A stretch of 64,000 bases of DNA. It comes from an uncultured Acidobacteriota bacterium (lineage in GTDB: Bacteria > Acidobacteriota > Vicinamibacteria > Fen-336). Position numbers and translations under genes: made by a program. This document shows, one piece after another, positions 54,233 to 64,000 of this stretch. The notes below the pieces were generated by a model. It did not search any database, had not been told where the DNA came from, and saw nothing but the letters and a program-made list of their open reading frames with translations. Every line of letters begins with the position of its first letter. Position 1 is the stretch's first letter. The DNA is taken from positions 1,600,001-1,664,000 of the forward strand of contig OY970399.1 in NCBI GenBank assembly GCA_963720545.1, in the 5' to 3' direction.

Positions 54233-54877
54233 CTACCGTCCCACCACCAAGTGCATCGCCGCCTCGGTGGAGACGTGCTCCTTCACTCTGTAGCCGAGCG
54301 CGGGAAGGTCCATGCCTTCGAGCAGGGGCTCGCCTTGGCCGAGCAGGATCGGTGAGATGGCGACATGCATCTCGTCGAGTAGTCCGGCCCGCAGATACTG
54401 GCGGATGGTGGCTGCTCCGCCGCCGATTCGCACATCCTTACCTCGAGCTGCCGCTCGCGCCTCGCCCAGCGCCGCCTCGATCCCCTCGGTGACGAAATGG
54501 AAGACGGTGCCGCCCTCCATCTCCAGCGCCGGGCGCGGATGGTGGGTCAGGACGAAGACCGGCACATGGTACGGTGGATTGGCGCCCCACCAACCCTTCC
54601 ACTCATAGTCCGGCCAGGGTCCGCGCACAGGTCCGAACATGTTGCGGCCCATGATCCAGGCGCCGAGATTCTCGAACGAGCGCGCCGCGAAGTCGTTGTC
54701 GATGCCGGTCGTCCCGCCGTCTCGCCTCTGGACGTCCCGCTGGAAGGTGCGGGTCGGAAGAACCCACTGGTGCAGTTGTTCGCCGCCTCGGCCCAGCGGT
54801 TGGTCACGGCCCTGGTTGGGGCCGGCGCCGAAGCCGTCGGTCGACACGCTAAAGGCATTCACGCGAAGTTTGGACAC
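54233..54877 (-). CDS. Dihydrofolate-reductase-family (RibD C-terminal) protein
   Basis: S.DGFGAGP, IMGRNMFGP, VFVLTH, GGAATIRQYL, P.LLG.GE. Confidence 0.88.
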   Translation of the reverse strand: MSKLRVNAFSVSTDGFGAGPNQGRDQPLGRGGEQLHQWVLPTRTFQRDVQRRDGGTTGIDNDFAARSFENLGAWIMGRNMFGPVRGPWPDYEWKGWWGANPPYHVPVFVLTHHPRPALEMEGGTVFHFVTEGIEAALGEARAAARGKDVRIGGGAATIRQYLRAGLLDEMHVAISPILLGQGEPLLEGMDLPALGYRVKEHVSTEAAMHLVVGR

Positions 54878-54912
54878 GGGCGTCTCCTTGACTGTCCCTG
54901 CATGGAACTATC

Positions 54913-56169
54913 TCACTGCCGAACCTCCTCCGGCGGTCGGGACTCCACGAACTGCCCGAAGAGCACGATGTCGTAGACGATCTTGAGCGTTCCCGCGAGG
55001 AAGAACGGGAGACTCCACAAGGCGGGCCGGGCAAACATGAGGCCCACGAGGAACGGACTGATTGAAGCGCCGACGGTGCGAGCGACGCTGGTAAAGCCTC
55101 CGGCCGCCGCCCGTTCCTCCGGTGCCACGACGGCCATGACGTACGACTGTCTGGCCGGCACGTCCATCTGGCTGATGCTGAACCGGAGAAGGAGCACGGC
55201 GACCGCCCACCACAACGACGGCATCAGCGGAACCAGAATCAGCAGGACGTTCGACGGCAGGTGCGTGAAGACCATCGTCTTGATCAAGCCGATGCGCGCC
55301 GCAAGACGCGATGCGAGCAAGGCTGAGAGGCCGGCGAAAACGTTGGCCCAAAAAAAGATCGCGCCAAGTGCAGCGACATCGACGCCAAACCGCAGGTGGA
55401 ACCAATAGGCCGCGAACGCCTGGACGACGAAGCCACCTCCGAACGAGTCGAGCGCAAACAGCGCCGACAGCTTCATCACGACGCCACGCGAACGATCGAG
55501 TCCTGAGAGCCCGCTGATCATCGTTGCCCTCGACCTCGCGTCCCCGTACGGCCCCGCCTCGGTTCGGTGCGACAGTCCTGCAAAGGTCACGGCGAGCACA
55601 ACGCCCAACACCGCGTACAAAATGACCACGGCCCGATAGCTGTTGAGCGGCAGCATGGCCGCTGCCTGCAAGACGCTGGTGATGACTCCGGCCGACAGCG
55701 CCCCGAGCGCGGTCGCGAAGGACCCCGTGAGCGTATACCAGGCAAACACTTCCGTTCTGTTGCGATCAGTGACCACCTGGGAGAGTGCCGCTTGCTCAAT
55801 CGGCAGGAACGGTCCCACCTCGTGTCCACTTGGACTCAGTACGCCGATTGTCCCCGCAAGCAGAAGCACCCACAGACTTGCCGTCGACGCGAACACGAGT
55901 CCCGCGCCCGTCATGAGTAGCGCGCCAACGATGAGCATGCGTCGACGCCCCATTCGGTCCGCGCGAGTCGTGATCGCCAGGGAAATAACGGTGTCACCAA
56001 GCAGCGTCAGCGTGAGCAGCACCCCGACTTGCTGTTCGCTGAGACCAAGGCGTACCAGGTAGAACACAAGCACGACCGACAACGACCCGTACGCGAAGAG
56101 CCGGATGAACCGCGTCGCAAAGAGCAACTGGGTGTCACGGGCCAAATGCGGGAGAACTGGTCTCAACAT
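54913..56169 (-). CDS. MFS transporter
   Basis: ~12 TM; ADRMGRRR motif A; SQMDVPARQSY; start could be 56199. Confidence 0.88.
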   Translation of the reverse strand: MLRPVLPHLARDTQLLFATRFIRLFAYGSLSVVLVFYLVRLGLSEQQVGVLLTLTLLGDTVISLAITTRADRMGRRRMLIVGALLMTGAGLVFASTASLWVLLLAGTIGVLSPSGHEVGPFLPIEQAALSQVVTDRNRTEVFAWYTLTGSFATALGALSAGVITSVLQAAAMLPLNSYRAVVILYAVLGVVLAVTFAGLSHRTEAGPYGDARSRATMISGLSGLDRSRGVVMKLSALFALDSFGGGFVVQAFAAYWFHLRFGVDVAALGAIFFWANVFAGLSALLASRLAARIGLIKTMVFTHLPSNVLLILVPLMPSLWWAVAVLLLRFSISQMDVPARQSYVMAVVAPEERAAAGGFTSVARTVGASISPFLVGLMFARPALWSLPFFLAGTLKIVYDIVLFGQFVESRPPEEVRQ

Positions 56170-56215
56170 GTCCTCAGCAATTTCGCCGGTCGATGGCACA
56201 AATCGACGTCGTAGT

Positions 56216-56629
56216 TCACCCGCCCGTGGATTGACGCCACCCTTCGTGCTCGAGGAGCCTCTCGACCCGCTGTCGTATCTCGTCCCGAATTTCCCTGACT
56301 CGAGCGAGCGGTTTGCCCTTGGGATCCTCCAGCGGCCAGTCCTCGCGCTCCAGGCCAGGCACGACCGGACACTGATCGCCGCAGCCCATGGTAATCAGCA
56401 TCTGAGCGCCCTGCGCCAGGGCCGGCGTCAGTTTGGATGTCGAGGCTTCTGACAGATCGACGCCGACCTCGGACATGGCGACGACTACTTCCGGATGGAC
56501 GCGCGGCCCCGGCTCCGTGCCGGCGGAGATCGCGCGCGCCCGGGTCGGCTCGGATAACAGATTGAACCACGCAGCGGCCATCTGAGATCGGCCGGCATTG
56601 TGGACGCAGGCGAAGAGCACCGTCTTCAC
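56216..56629 (-). CDS. arsC: Arsenate reductase (LMW-PTPase type)
   Basis: CVHNAGRSQMA, ITMGCGDQCP, DW.LEDP; GTG start overlapping the arsR stop. Confidence 0.92.
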   Translation of the reverse strand: MKTVLFACVHNAGRSQMAAAWFNLLSEPTRARAISAGTEPGPRVHPEVVVAMSEVGVDLSEASTSKLTPALAQGAQMLITMGCGDQCPVVPGLEREDWPLEDPKGKPLARVREIRDEIRQRVERLLEHEGWRQSTGG

Positions 56630-57048
56630 GACGGGGAGATACGAGGTGCACAGCACGTTCCGCCCGCGGGACTGTTGAGGACGTACAGCTGCCCGAATGA
56701 ACGTTGAAACTGCTTCCGGTCCTGCGTCGTGGCTGGCAACTGCTGCAACGCGTCGACTGCAGCCGCGACCACGCGGCGCATCACGGGATTCAGCGATCTC
56801 GACACCTGGTAGTGCATCCACACCCCGTCGCGGCGGGCGGTGACGACACCGCCCTTGCGCAGATACGCAAGATGGCGAGAGACCGTCGGTTGCGGGAGGC
56901 CAAGGCTGTCGTGCAGGTGGCAGACGCACACCTCGTTGTTCCCCAGAAGGGCGAGGATACGCAGGCGCGTAGTGTCGGCGAGAGCCTTGAACAGGCTCTC
57001 CATCTCGTCGACGGCGGCCCGGGATCTGGATTTCGTTGCGTGCTTCAT
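56626..57048 (-). CDS. arsR: As(III)-responsive ArsR/SmtB repressor
   Basis: FKALAD.TRLRIL, EVCVC, QPTVSRHLAYL; C-terminal CC. Confidence 0.9.
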   Translation of the reverse strand: MKHATKSRSRAAVDEMESLFKALADTTRLRILALLGNNEVCVCHLHDSLGLPQPTVSRHLAYLRKGGVVTARRDGVWMHYQVSRSLNPVMRRVVAAAVDALQQLPATTQDRKQFQRSFGQLYVLNSPAGGTCCAPRISPS

Positions 57049-57101
57049 ATATTTGCCTTGACGAATGTACCATCAGTTAATATATTCCCAAAGGCGAATA
57101 T
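57049..57101. promoter_or_regulatory. Paired ArsR-type operators between arsR and arsM
   Basis: Imperfect palindromes ATATTTGCCTTGACGAATGT (57049-57068) and ATATTCCCAAAGGCGAATAT (57082-57101). Confidence 0.65.
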
Positions 57102-57115
57102 CAAAGGAGTAGCCC

Positions 57116-57940
57116 ATGGACGCCGTCAAGGCAGCGGTGCAACAGAAGTATGGCGAGGCAGCGCAGCAGGCCCGTAGCGGAGCGAGGGCAGGTTGTGGAT
57201 GCGGGACGACCTGTGGGCCCGATCCGATCACTTCGAATCTCTACGACGACGCGCAGGCAGCGGGCGTGCCCGCTGAGGCTTTGCTTGCTTCCCTGGGCTG
57301 CGGCAACCCAACTGCGCTGGCGGAGCTGCAACCCGGCGAGGTCGTCCTCGATCTCGGCTCTGGCGGTGGCATCGACGTGCTCCTGTCGGCCAGGCGCGTG
57401 GGCCCGAACGGAAAGGCCTATGGCCTGGACATGACAGACGAAATGCTCGCGCTGGCCCGCGAGAACCTGGCCAAGTCTGGCCTCACGAACGTCGAGTTTC
57501 TCAAGGGCGAGATCGAGCACATCCCGCTTCCCGACAACTCCGTCGATGTGATCATCTCGAATTGCGTGATCAATCTTTCCGCCGACAAGGACCGCGTGCT
57601 CGCGGAGGCGTTCCGCGTTCTAAGGCCAGGCGGTCGTTTCGCCGTGTCGGATGTGGTCGTCAGAGGGGACGACATGCCCGCGGAAGTGCGCCGAAGCATG
57701 GAGCTCTGGGTCGGCTGCGTCGCGGGTGCGCTCGAAGAATCGACCTACCGGAGCAAGTTGTCGAGAGCCGGCTTCGAAGCGGTCGAACTCGAGCCAACGC
57801 GCATCTATCGTGCGGCTGACGCAAAACAGTTTCTTGAAGCGGCAGGATTGTCGGACGACGCAACACTCGCGCAAGTCGACGGCCGGATCATGAGTGCCTT
57901 CGTGCGCGCCCACAAACCGGCTGCGAGCGCCTTGCTCTAA
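57116..57940 (+). CDS. arsM: Arsenite S-adenosylmethionine methyltransferase
   Basis: [42 protein letters not shown]. Confidence 0.93.
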   Translation: MDAVKAAVQQKYGEAAQQARSGARAGCGCGTTCGPDPITSNLYDDAQAAGVPAEALLASLGCGNPTALAELQPGEVVLDLGSGGGIDVLLSARRVGPNGKAYGLDMTDEMLALARENLAKSGLTNVEFLKGEIEHIPLPDNSVDVIISNCVINLSADKDRVLAEAFRVLRPGGRFAVSDVVVRGDDMPAEVRRSMELWVGCVAGALEESTYRSKLSRAGFEAVELEPTRIYRAADAKQFLEAAGLSDDATLAQVDGRIMSAFVRAHKPAASALL

Positions 57941-57961
57941 GTTCCTTCCTGAGAGAGGAAT

Positions 57962-58036
57962 TGGCTCCTCAGATAGGATTCGAACCTATAACCCTCCGGT
58001 TAACAGCCGGATGCTCTACCATTGAGCTACTGAGGA
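57962..58036 (-). tRNA. tRNA-Asn (GTT)
   Basis: TCCTCAG acceptor stem, D-arm GCTCAATGGTAGAGC, anticodon arm TCCGG-CTGTTAA-CCGGA, T-arm ATAGG-TTCGAAT-CCTAT, encoded CCA. Confidence 0.97.
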
Positions 58037-58091
58037 ACGGCGTTTCGGCGCAACTGCGGAAACGCCAGTATATTAGCGGGCCCGAAGGCGG

Positions 58092-59063
58092 TCAACGAGC
58101 GCGGTCGAGACCTGCCGCGGGGCTCATCGACTGGTGCAGGATGGCCGGCAGCGCGGGTGCCGCGGTTTGCGATTCCCGTCCCGCCACCGTCAGCGGGTCC
58201 CGTTCCAGCGTGATCCCGTGCTCCTGCGCCCAGCGGGTCCACAGGTCCTTGAACGAGTCGCTCAGGCGGTCGATGACGAGCGGCAGGTAGTGGGCGAGGT
58301 CGTTCTGCGGCGTCACCTGCGACGGAGTGGTGACCTTTGCGATCTGCTCGCCGGCTTTCTCAGCTGGTTCGGTCTTCGCGATCGGCGTCTTCTCGGGAAC
58401 GAGCTGCTGGCGGGTCAGGTCGCCGAATACCTTCGTCGCCGCCTGGACGCGTTCGTCGAGCGAACGATTCGGGTCGAGCAGGACGCGCAGCGCGTCGGGG
58501 GACACTCTCGCATCCGTGATGTAGGGGCGCATCTCGGCGGTGGCTTTCTCGGGGTTGCCGGTCTGCGCCATCGTCGACTGGGCGCGGGCAAAGCCTTCGC
58601 TGAGCGCCGCCCGGGCGCCCGATAGGTAAAGCTCGGCGAGGGAATTCGGATCCTGCGGCAGCCTGCCTTCGCTCGCGGCGCGCTGTATTGCGGACAGACC
58701 GCCCATCTGCGAGATCTGGGACAGTTGCTGAGCGATCCTCGGATCGGCGAAGACGGCGGCGCTTGAAGCCTGCGGACCGGCTTGCGACGGGACCTCGGCC
58801 TTGCCGGGCACGGGGACCTGGCCCCTGGGGTTGAGGCGCTCGAGCAGGCTCTTGATGACGGGTGAAGCCGCATTGAACAGCTGGATCGCGGCGGCGGCGT
58901 AGCGCAGCGGCGGGACGAACCTGGGAATGGTCCTGGTGATGAGGCCCACGCCGAGCTTGCCGACCATGCCGGAGATGAAGCCGCCAAGGACGTTTTTCTC
59001 TTTCTTGTCGAGATCGGGCCTGGCGAGGCTTGCGGCTATCGAAGAGACGGTATTCGCGCTCAT
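58092..59063 (-). CDS. Hypothetical (orphan-looking) protein
   Basis: GGAGG RBS before MSANTV; Gln/Ala/Pro-rich and probably helical; no family recognised. Confidence 0.65.
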   Translation of the reverse strand: MSANTVSSIAASLARPDLDKKEKNVLGGFISGMVGKLGVGLITRTIPRFVPPLRYAAAAIQLFNAASPVIKSLLERLNPRGQVPVPGKAEVPSQAGPQASSAAVFADPRIAQQLSQISQMGGLSAIQRAASEGRLPQDPNSLAELYLSGARAALSEGFARAQSTMAQTGNPEKATAEMRPYITDARVSPDALRVLLDPNRSLDERVQAATKVFGDLTRQQLVPEKTPIAKTEPAEKAGEQIAKVTTPSQVTPQNDLAHYLPLVIDRLSDSFKDLWTRWAQEHGITLERDPLTVAGRESQTAAPALPAILHQSMSPAAGLDRAR

Positions 59064-59263
59064 GGGAAAACCTCCAATGCACATGGAGGCAAGCCCCGGG
59101 CCCGCCATCGCCCGCTCGTTAAATGCCCTCAACAAAGGCCTTTGTCAGGTTTTTTTGGGCGCGCGTGTGCGCGAGCCGCACAGTTCTGCGGGGCGCTCGC
59201 GGCCGCCCGCACCACCGCTGCGGCGACTTGACGAGGCACGGGGGCAGAACGCACTATGCGCGG

Positions 59264-61303
59264 ATGTCTCTGCCTCCTGAAATCGAATCCCTCCGCGACC
59301 GCCTGGACGCCGTCGACCAGGCGCTTCTCGACGCCCTTACCGAGCGCACCCGCATCGTCCGCGAAGTGGGACGTTTCAAGGCCGAAAGCGGCGCCAACCT
59401 GCGCGACCTGCCGCGCGAAGAGGAGATCCTGACGCGCCTGGTGGCGCGCGCCGAAGAGGCCGGCCTCGACCGCTTCTTCGTGGCGCGACTCTACAAGGAG
59501 ATCCTGGGCCATTCGATGCGGCTGCAGGAAGCGGCGCTCGGCACCGCCGCGGTGCACGAAGGCCCGGCCCTGCGCGTTGGTTACCAGGGCAGCGAAGGCG
59601 CCTGGTCGCACCTGGCCGCGCAGCGACATTTCGGAGCGCACGACGGCGATGTGTCGCACGTTGGCTTCGACTCGTTCGAGGAGATGCTGCAAGCGGTGCG
59701 CGACGGCGAGGTGGAGCGCGCGCTGTTGCCGGTCGAGAACACGATCTCCGGCTCGATCCCGGCATCCTTCGACCTGCTCGCGGCTCTCGAACTGTCGATC
59801 GTCGGCGAGGAGGTGCAGGAGGTGCAGCACTGCCTGCTGGCACTCGAAGACGTGCCCCTGTCGCGGCTGCGGCGCATCTCGTCGCATCCGGTCGCGCTGG
59901 CGCAGTGCGGCAAGTTCCTGGCGACGCTCGGCAACTGCCACGTCGAGGCGTTCACCGACACCGCGATGGCCGCGCGCCGCGTGCGCGACGAGGCCGACCC
60001 CACGCAGGCCGCGATCGCGAGCGAGGAGGCCGGCCGCATCCACGGGCTCACCGTCATCCGCCGCGGCATCGCCGACCAGCGCGAGAACTTCACGCGCATG
60101 CTGGTGGTGGCGGTGCGGCCGCAGCCCGTCGACCTGCGCGTGCCGTGCAAGACGACGCTGCTCTTCACCACCCGCCACGAGGAAGGCGCCCTCGTCACAT
60201 GCCTCAGCATCCTCGCGGCGCATCACCTCAGCATGACCCGGCTCGAGTCGCGGCCGCGCCCGCACAACCCCTGGGAATACCAGTTCCATCTCGACTTCGA
60301 AGGCAATGTCGCCGACCCGGAAGTGGCGGAGGCGCTGCGCGAGATGGCGACGCAGAGCGGCTACGTGCGCGTCCTCGGGTCGTACCCGGCGCGCACCACC
60401 GCGAGCGTTCGCGCCGCCGAGCCGCGCCCGGCTGTCAGCCCGGCCAAGCGTAGCGCGCAGAAGCCGGTGATCGAGGTTGGCGCTCCCGCGGCGGCGCCCG
60501 CGTCAGGAGGAAGCGCGCCGCCAATGGCCTCGCGCACCTACCGGCGCGAGGACACGGTCATCCCGGTCGGCACGGCCCTCATTGGCGGGCCGGTGCCGGT
60601 GATCATCGCCGGACCGTGCGCGGTGGAGTCGGAGGAACAGATCCAGGCGTGCGCGCGCGTCGTGAAGGCGATGGGCGCGCAGATCCTGCGCGGCGGCTGC
60701 TTCAAGCCGCGCACCTCGCCGTACTCGTTCCAGGGCCACGGCTTCGAGGCGCTCGCCTGGCTCGCCGACGCCGGGGCCGAGGCGGGCCTGCCGATCGTCA
60801 CCGAGGTGATGCATCCGCAGGACGTCGGCCCGGTGGCCGAGCGCGCCCACATCCTGCAGATCGGCGCACGCAACATGCAGAACTTCTCGCTGCTGAAGGA
60901 AGTGGGCAAGGTGGACCGGCCGGTGATGCTGAAGCGCGGCATGATGGCGTCGATTGAGGAATGGCTGTCGGCGTCGGAATACATCCTGAGCCACGGCAAC
61001 CAGATGGTGTTCCTGTGCGAGCGCGGCATCCGCACCTTCGAAACCGCGACCCGCAACACCCTCGACCTCAGCGCCGTGCCGGTGCTGCGCGAGCGCACCC
61101 ACCTGCCGGTGATCGTGGACCCGTCGCACGCGGTCGGCGTGCGCCGCTTCATCCCGCCGATGGCCGAGGCGGCGCTCGCGAGCGGCGCGCAGGGCGTAAT
61201 GCTCGAGATCCATCCCGACCCGGAGAAGGCGCTGTCCGACGGTCCGCAGGCCCTGACGTTCGAAATGTTCGAACAGCTCATGGCGCGGATCGGCGGCGCG
61301 TGA
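59264..61303 (+). CDS. Fused chorismate mutase / prephenate dehydratase (+ACT) / DAHP synthase I-beta
   Basis: Aro[95 protein letters not shown]. Confidence 0.92.
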   Translation: MSLPPEIESLRDRLDAVDQALLDALTERTRIVREVGRFKAESGANLRDLPREEEILTRLVARAEEAGLDRFFVARLYKEILGHSMRLQEAALGTAAVHEGPALRVGYQGSEGAWSHLAAQRHFGAHDGDVSHVGFDSFEEMLQAVRDGEVERALLPVENTISGSIPASFDLLAALELSIVGEEVQEVQHCLLALEDVPLSRLRRISSHPVALAQCGKFLATLGNCHVEAFTDTAMAARRVRDEADPTQAAIASEEAGRIHGLTVIRRGIADQRENFTRMLVVAVRPQPVDLRVPCKTTLLFTTRHEEGALVTCLSILAAHHLSMTRLESRPRPHNPWEYQFHLDFEGNVADPEVAEALREMATQSGYVRVLGSYPARTTASVRAAEPRPAVSPAKRSAQKPVIEVGAPAAAPASGGSAPPMASRTYRREDTVIPVGTALIGGPVPVIIAGPCAVESEEQIQACARVVKAMGAQILRGGCFKPRTSPYSFQGHGFEALAWLADAGAEAGLPIVTEVMHPQDVGPVAERAHILQIGARNMQNFSLLKEVGKVDRPVMLKRGMMASIEEWLSASEYILSHGNQMVFLCERGIRTFETATRNTLDLSAVPVLRERTHLPVIVDPSHAVGVRRFIPPMAEAALASGAQGVMLEIHPDPEKALSDGPQALTFEMFEQLMARIGGA

Positions 61304-62499
61304 GCCGGGAGTTGGCCGTCAACCCGCGCCTCGCGCGGGTGCCGCCCTACATCCCCGAGCGGCTGAGGGCGCTGCTCGCGGGCATCGTTCCCAAACCGGA
61401 TCCCGCAAAGCCACCGGTGGTACTCGCGGCCGGCGAGCCGCGGCACGAGTCGCCCGCCGCTGTGCGTGCCGCCCTGCACGAAGCGTCGGCGCGGTTGCAG
61501 GACTATCCGGACGCCCGTGGCGAGGCTGCGCTGCGTGAAGCGATCGCCGGCTGGCTCGGGCGGCGGTTCGCGCCGCTGCGGCTCGATCCCGCGAGCGAAG
61601 TGCTGCCGACGCTTGGCAGCCGTGAGGCCATCTTCGACATCGTGCAGTGCCTCGTCGATCCCGCTGCCGAATCGGTCGCCGTCATCCCCAACCCGCTCTA
61701 CCCTATCTACGAGGGGGCTGCGATCCTTGCCGGCGCCGTGCCGTATTTCGCGGCCGACGTGCTGGCCGTCGCACCGGACGTGCTGGAACGAGCGGCGCTC
61801 CTGTTCGTCTGTTCGCCGAGCAACCCCACCGGACGCGTGCTCGGGCAGGACGAGTGGGCGCGGCTCTTCGAGCAGTCCGATCGTCACGGCTTCGTGCTGG
61901 TGGCCGACGAGTGCTACTCGGAGATCTATCCGGACGAGTCAAGGCCGCCGGTGGGCGCGCTGCAGGCCGCGGCACGGCTGGGTCGCGGCTTGCGCAACAT
62001 CGTGAGCCTCGGCAGCTTGTCGAAGCGCTCCAGCGTTCCCGGCCTGCGGTCGGGCTATGCCGCGGGCGACCCTACGGTGCTGGCCGCGTTCCTCCACTAC
62101 CGCACCTACAGCGGCAGCGCGATGGGTCCGCCGGCGCAGGCGGCAAGCATCGCCGCGTTCGACGACGACGCGTACGTGGTTGCGAACCGCGAAGCCTACC
62201 GGCGCAAGCTCGTCGCGTTCCACGCGATCGTCGCTCCGGTGGCGGCACTGCCGATGCCCGAAGGCGGCTTTTATTTCTGGATGCCGACGCCAGGCGACGA
62301 CCTCACCTTCGTGCAGCGGCTCTATGCCGAAGAGAACGTCAAGGTGCTGCCCGGTTCCTTCTTCGGTCGAGACGGCAGCGGTGCTGCTGGCGGTGCCAAC
62401 CCCGGTTCCGGACGCGTCCGCATCTCGATGACCGCGCCGTACGACGAATGCGTCGAGGGTGCGAAACGCATCGCGGCGCTGCTGGGCCGCTGGCGCTAA
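61300..62499 (+). CDS. dapC: Succinyldiaminopimelate aminotransferase (class I PLP)
   Basis: [51 protein letters not shown]. Confidence 0.82.
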   Translation: MSRELAVNPRLARVPPYIPERLRALLAGIVPKPDPAKPPVVLAAGEPRHESPAAVRAALHEASARLQDYPDARGEAALREAIAGWLGRRFAPLRLDPASEVLPTLGSREAIFDIVQCLVDPAAESVAVIPNPLYPIYEGAAILAGAVPYFAADVLAVAPDVLERAALLFVCSPSNPTGRVLGQDEWARLFEQSDRHGFVLVADECYSEIYPDESRPPVGALQAAARLGRGLRNIVSLGSLSKRSSVPGLRSGYAAGDPTVLAAFLHYRTYSGSAMGPPAQAASIAAFDDDAYVVANREAYRRKLVAFHAIVAPVAALPMPEGGFYFWMPTPGDDLTFVQRLYAEENVKVLPGSFFGRDGSGAAGGANPGSGRVRISMTAPYDECVEGAKRIAALLGRWR

Positions 62500-62562
62500 A
62501 GCTCTCCAGGTCAACAGTTTGAATCCAGAGTAGTGAGAGGGCGCCTGAGCTAGTCTTGCGCC

Positions 62563-64000
62563 ATGAGGCTGCGCCTTGTGGCAGGCATTGCGTGCGCGCT
62601 GGCCGGACTCGCGGCACTCGGCGCAGGCACACCAGCGACGCCGCGCACCGCCTCGCCACTCGCGCCGGAGATCGCGCGCCTCCGCGCGGTACTCGATGCC
62701 GCGCCGCAGAGCGACGAAGTGAAAGAGACGGCTCCCGGGCTGCGCGACGCGCTCGACCGCGCCGCGGCTCACGAACGCGCGGGGCGGTTCCTCGCCGCGG
62801 TGGACACGCTCGAGTACGCACGCAGCACCATCCTCGCCCTCGACACCATGGCGCGGCAGACGCCTGCCGACGGCGGCGACCTCGACCGCTTCACTGCGGC
62901 GTGGCAGGCGGCGGGACCCGGCCTCGAGAAGGACGCGCGCACGTGGGCCGGACAGTCGTGGGCGGGAGTTCCGGCAGCCGTGCGCGCGGTTGCCGAGAGC
63001 GCCTTTGGCCGCTCACAACACCTCTACCAGGCAGCCGACTCCTACGCGCGTGTGACCTCGCCGGCCGCCGGCTACTACTACATGGGCGAAGCGCAGGGCA
63101 CCATGACTTCCGCACTCTTCGTACGCGGGCTCGGTGCACCGCGAAGCGGCGCCGCGGCTCCGGCCGCGCGCAGCCTCAAGGGCGAGCGCACATCGCTCGC
63201 GAAACGCATCGAGGCGATCTACAAGCCGCCGCTGGCGATCGACCGCCATCCCGACTTCATCCGCACCAACTCCGCGCTCAAGCTGGCCGGCGAGCTCGAC
63301 GATGCCGGCCTGCGCTACGGCGCGCTCCTCGCCTACCTCAAGGCGGAGCGCGGGCTCGGCGAGCTGCTCCTGCCGGTGCCGCAGGCGGGCGAGCGCGGTG
63401 CGATCGAGGCGCGGCTCAAGGAAGCTCACGAGCGCCATGCCACGGCGCAACGCGACGACAGCATCGCGCTCGTCCTCATCGAGGCGGCGCAAGGCGGCAT
63501 CGAGAGCGCGCGTGACGATGCGGCGCGCGGTACGGCGCTGCGCACCGCGAGCGCCGTGCTCGACCAGGCGCTGCCGGCGTATCGGGCGACTCTCGAGGAT
63601 TCGGTCCCGGAAAAGCTCACTGCGGCGACGGCCGCGCCCGCGGTCAGGGTCACGCTGGTGCGCTGGCCGTACACCTGAAACCTGTCCGATCCGGCAAGTT
63701 TGCTGGCCAGGGAAGTCGCCGACCGTTATCAGGGCCGTGTCGAGTTCGTCAGCGAGAACTTCGGCGAATCGGAACTCGCCCGCAGGTTCGGGGTTACCCG
63801 CTACCCGGCCATCTTCGTCGACGACGTGCTCGTCGCCCGGCCCATCGACTTCGGCTTCTTCGCGAAAGGCGAGACCGCCGGCCGCTATACGCCGTTTCGC
63901 GACCCGAAGAGCCACGCGCGCTTCCAGGCCGATCTCGCACGCATGATCGACCTGGTGCTCGCGGGCCGCAAGGAAGATCTGCGCGCCGAGCGCACGGGTG
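62563..64000 (+). CDS. Secreted probable selenoprotein: helical N-domain plus thioredoxin-fold domain with UxxS; truncated by window edge
   Basis: Signal peptide; the frame stays open and coding-like for 107 codons after TGA 63676: VTLVRWPYT-U-NLSDPASLLAREVADRYQGRVEFVSENFGESELARRFGVTRYPAIFVDD. Confidence 0.8.
63679..63711 (+). promoter_or_regulatory. Bacterial SECIS-like hairpin
   Basis: Upper stem CCGGCA/TGCTGG (63691-63706) with loop AGTT; loop G-T at +23/+24 counting from the T of TGA; lower stem CCTG/CAGG. Confidence 0.75.

Larger units (their letters stand above)
50883..57982. mobile_element. tRNA-Asn-integrated genomic islet (~7.1 kb) carrying ars genes; no integrase
   Basis: Direct repeat of the tRNA 3' end at both borders; relaxed codon usage; resistance cargo and a broken gene. 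Confidence 0.7.

Noticed and set aside
57961..58290. ORFs overlapping the tRNA
   Set aside because: Spurious translations of tRNA-Asn

Overview
High-GC bacterial DNA, most likely Acidobacteriota: it carries an orphan duplicated ABC permease, an Oar-like TonB-dependent receptor and Thr-type sulfatase-like proteins. From left to right: (1) a polyamine/amine catabolism locus (SpdH-like 5' end, three class-III aminotransferases, APC permease, aldehyde dehydrogenase) divergent from a TonB-dependent receptor; (2) housekeeping and translation genes (hutI, fumC, dtd, ferredoxin, SUI1/YciH, type-II MetAP, Csp); (3) agmatinase and an arg operon (argR-G-H-[DUF1611-like]-C-D-F'-B) with tandem ARG boxes but no argA/argJ/argE; (4) ptrB, a BoxD-like ALDH, a DHS-like gene and hldD; (5) an accessory region at about 46.9-58 kb, including a ~7 kb arsenic-resistance islet bounded by tRNA-Asn and a copy of its 3' end; (6) a CM-PDT-DAHP synthase fusion and dapC; (7) at the right edge, a secreted protein whose ORF-track stop (TGA 63676) lies in a thioredoxin-fold UxxS motif followed by a correctly placed SECIS-like hairpin, i.e. 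a probable unannotated selenoprotein. The top leads are this selenoprotein, the DUF1611-like candidate acyl-glutamate synthase paired with a possibly succinyl-type transcarbamylase, and a hidden ACG-initiated small gene head-to-head with yciH. All calls come from reading motifs by eye; no searches were run.
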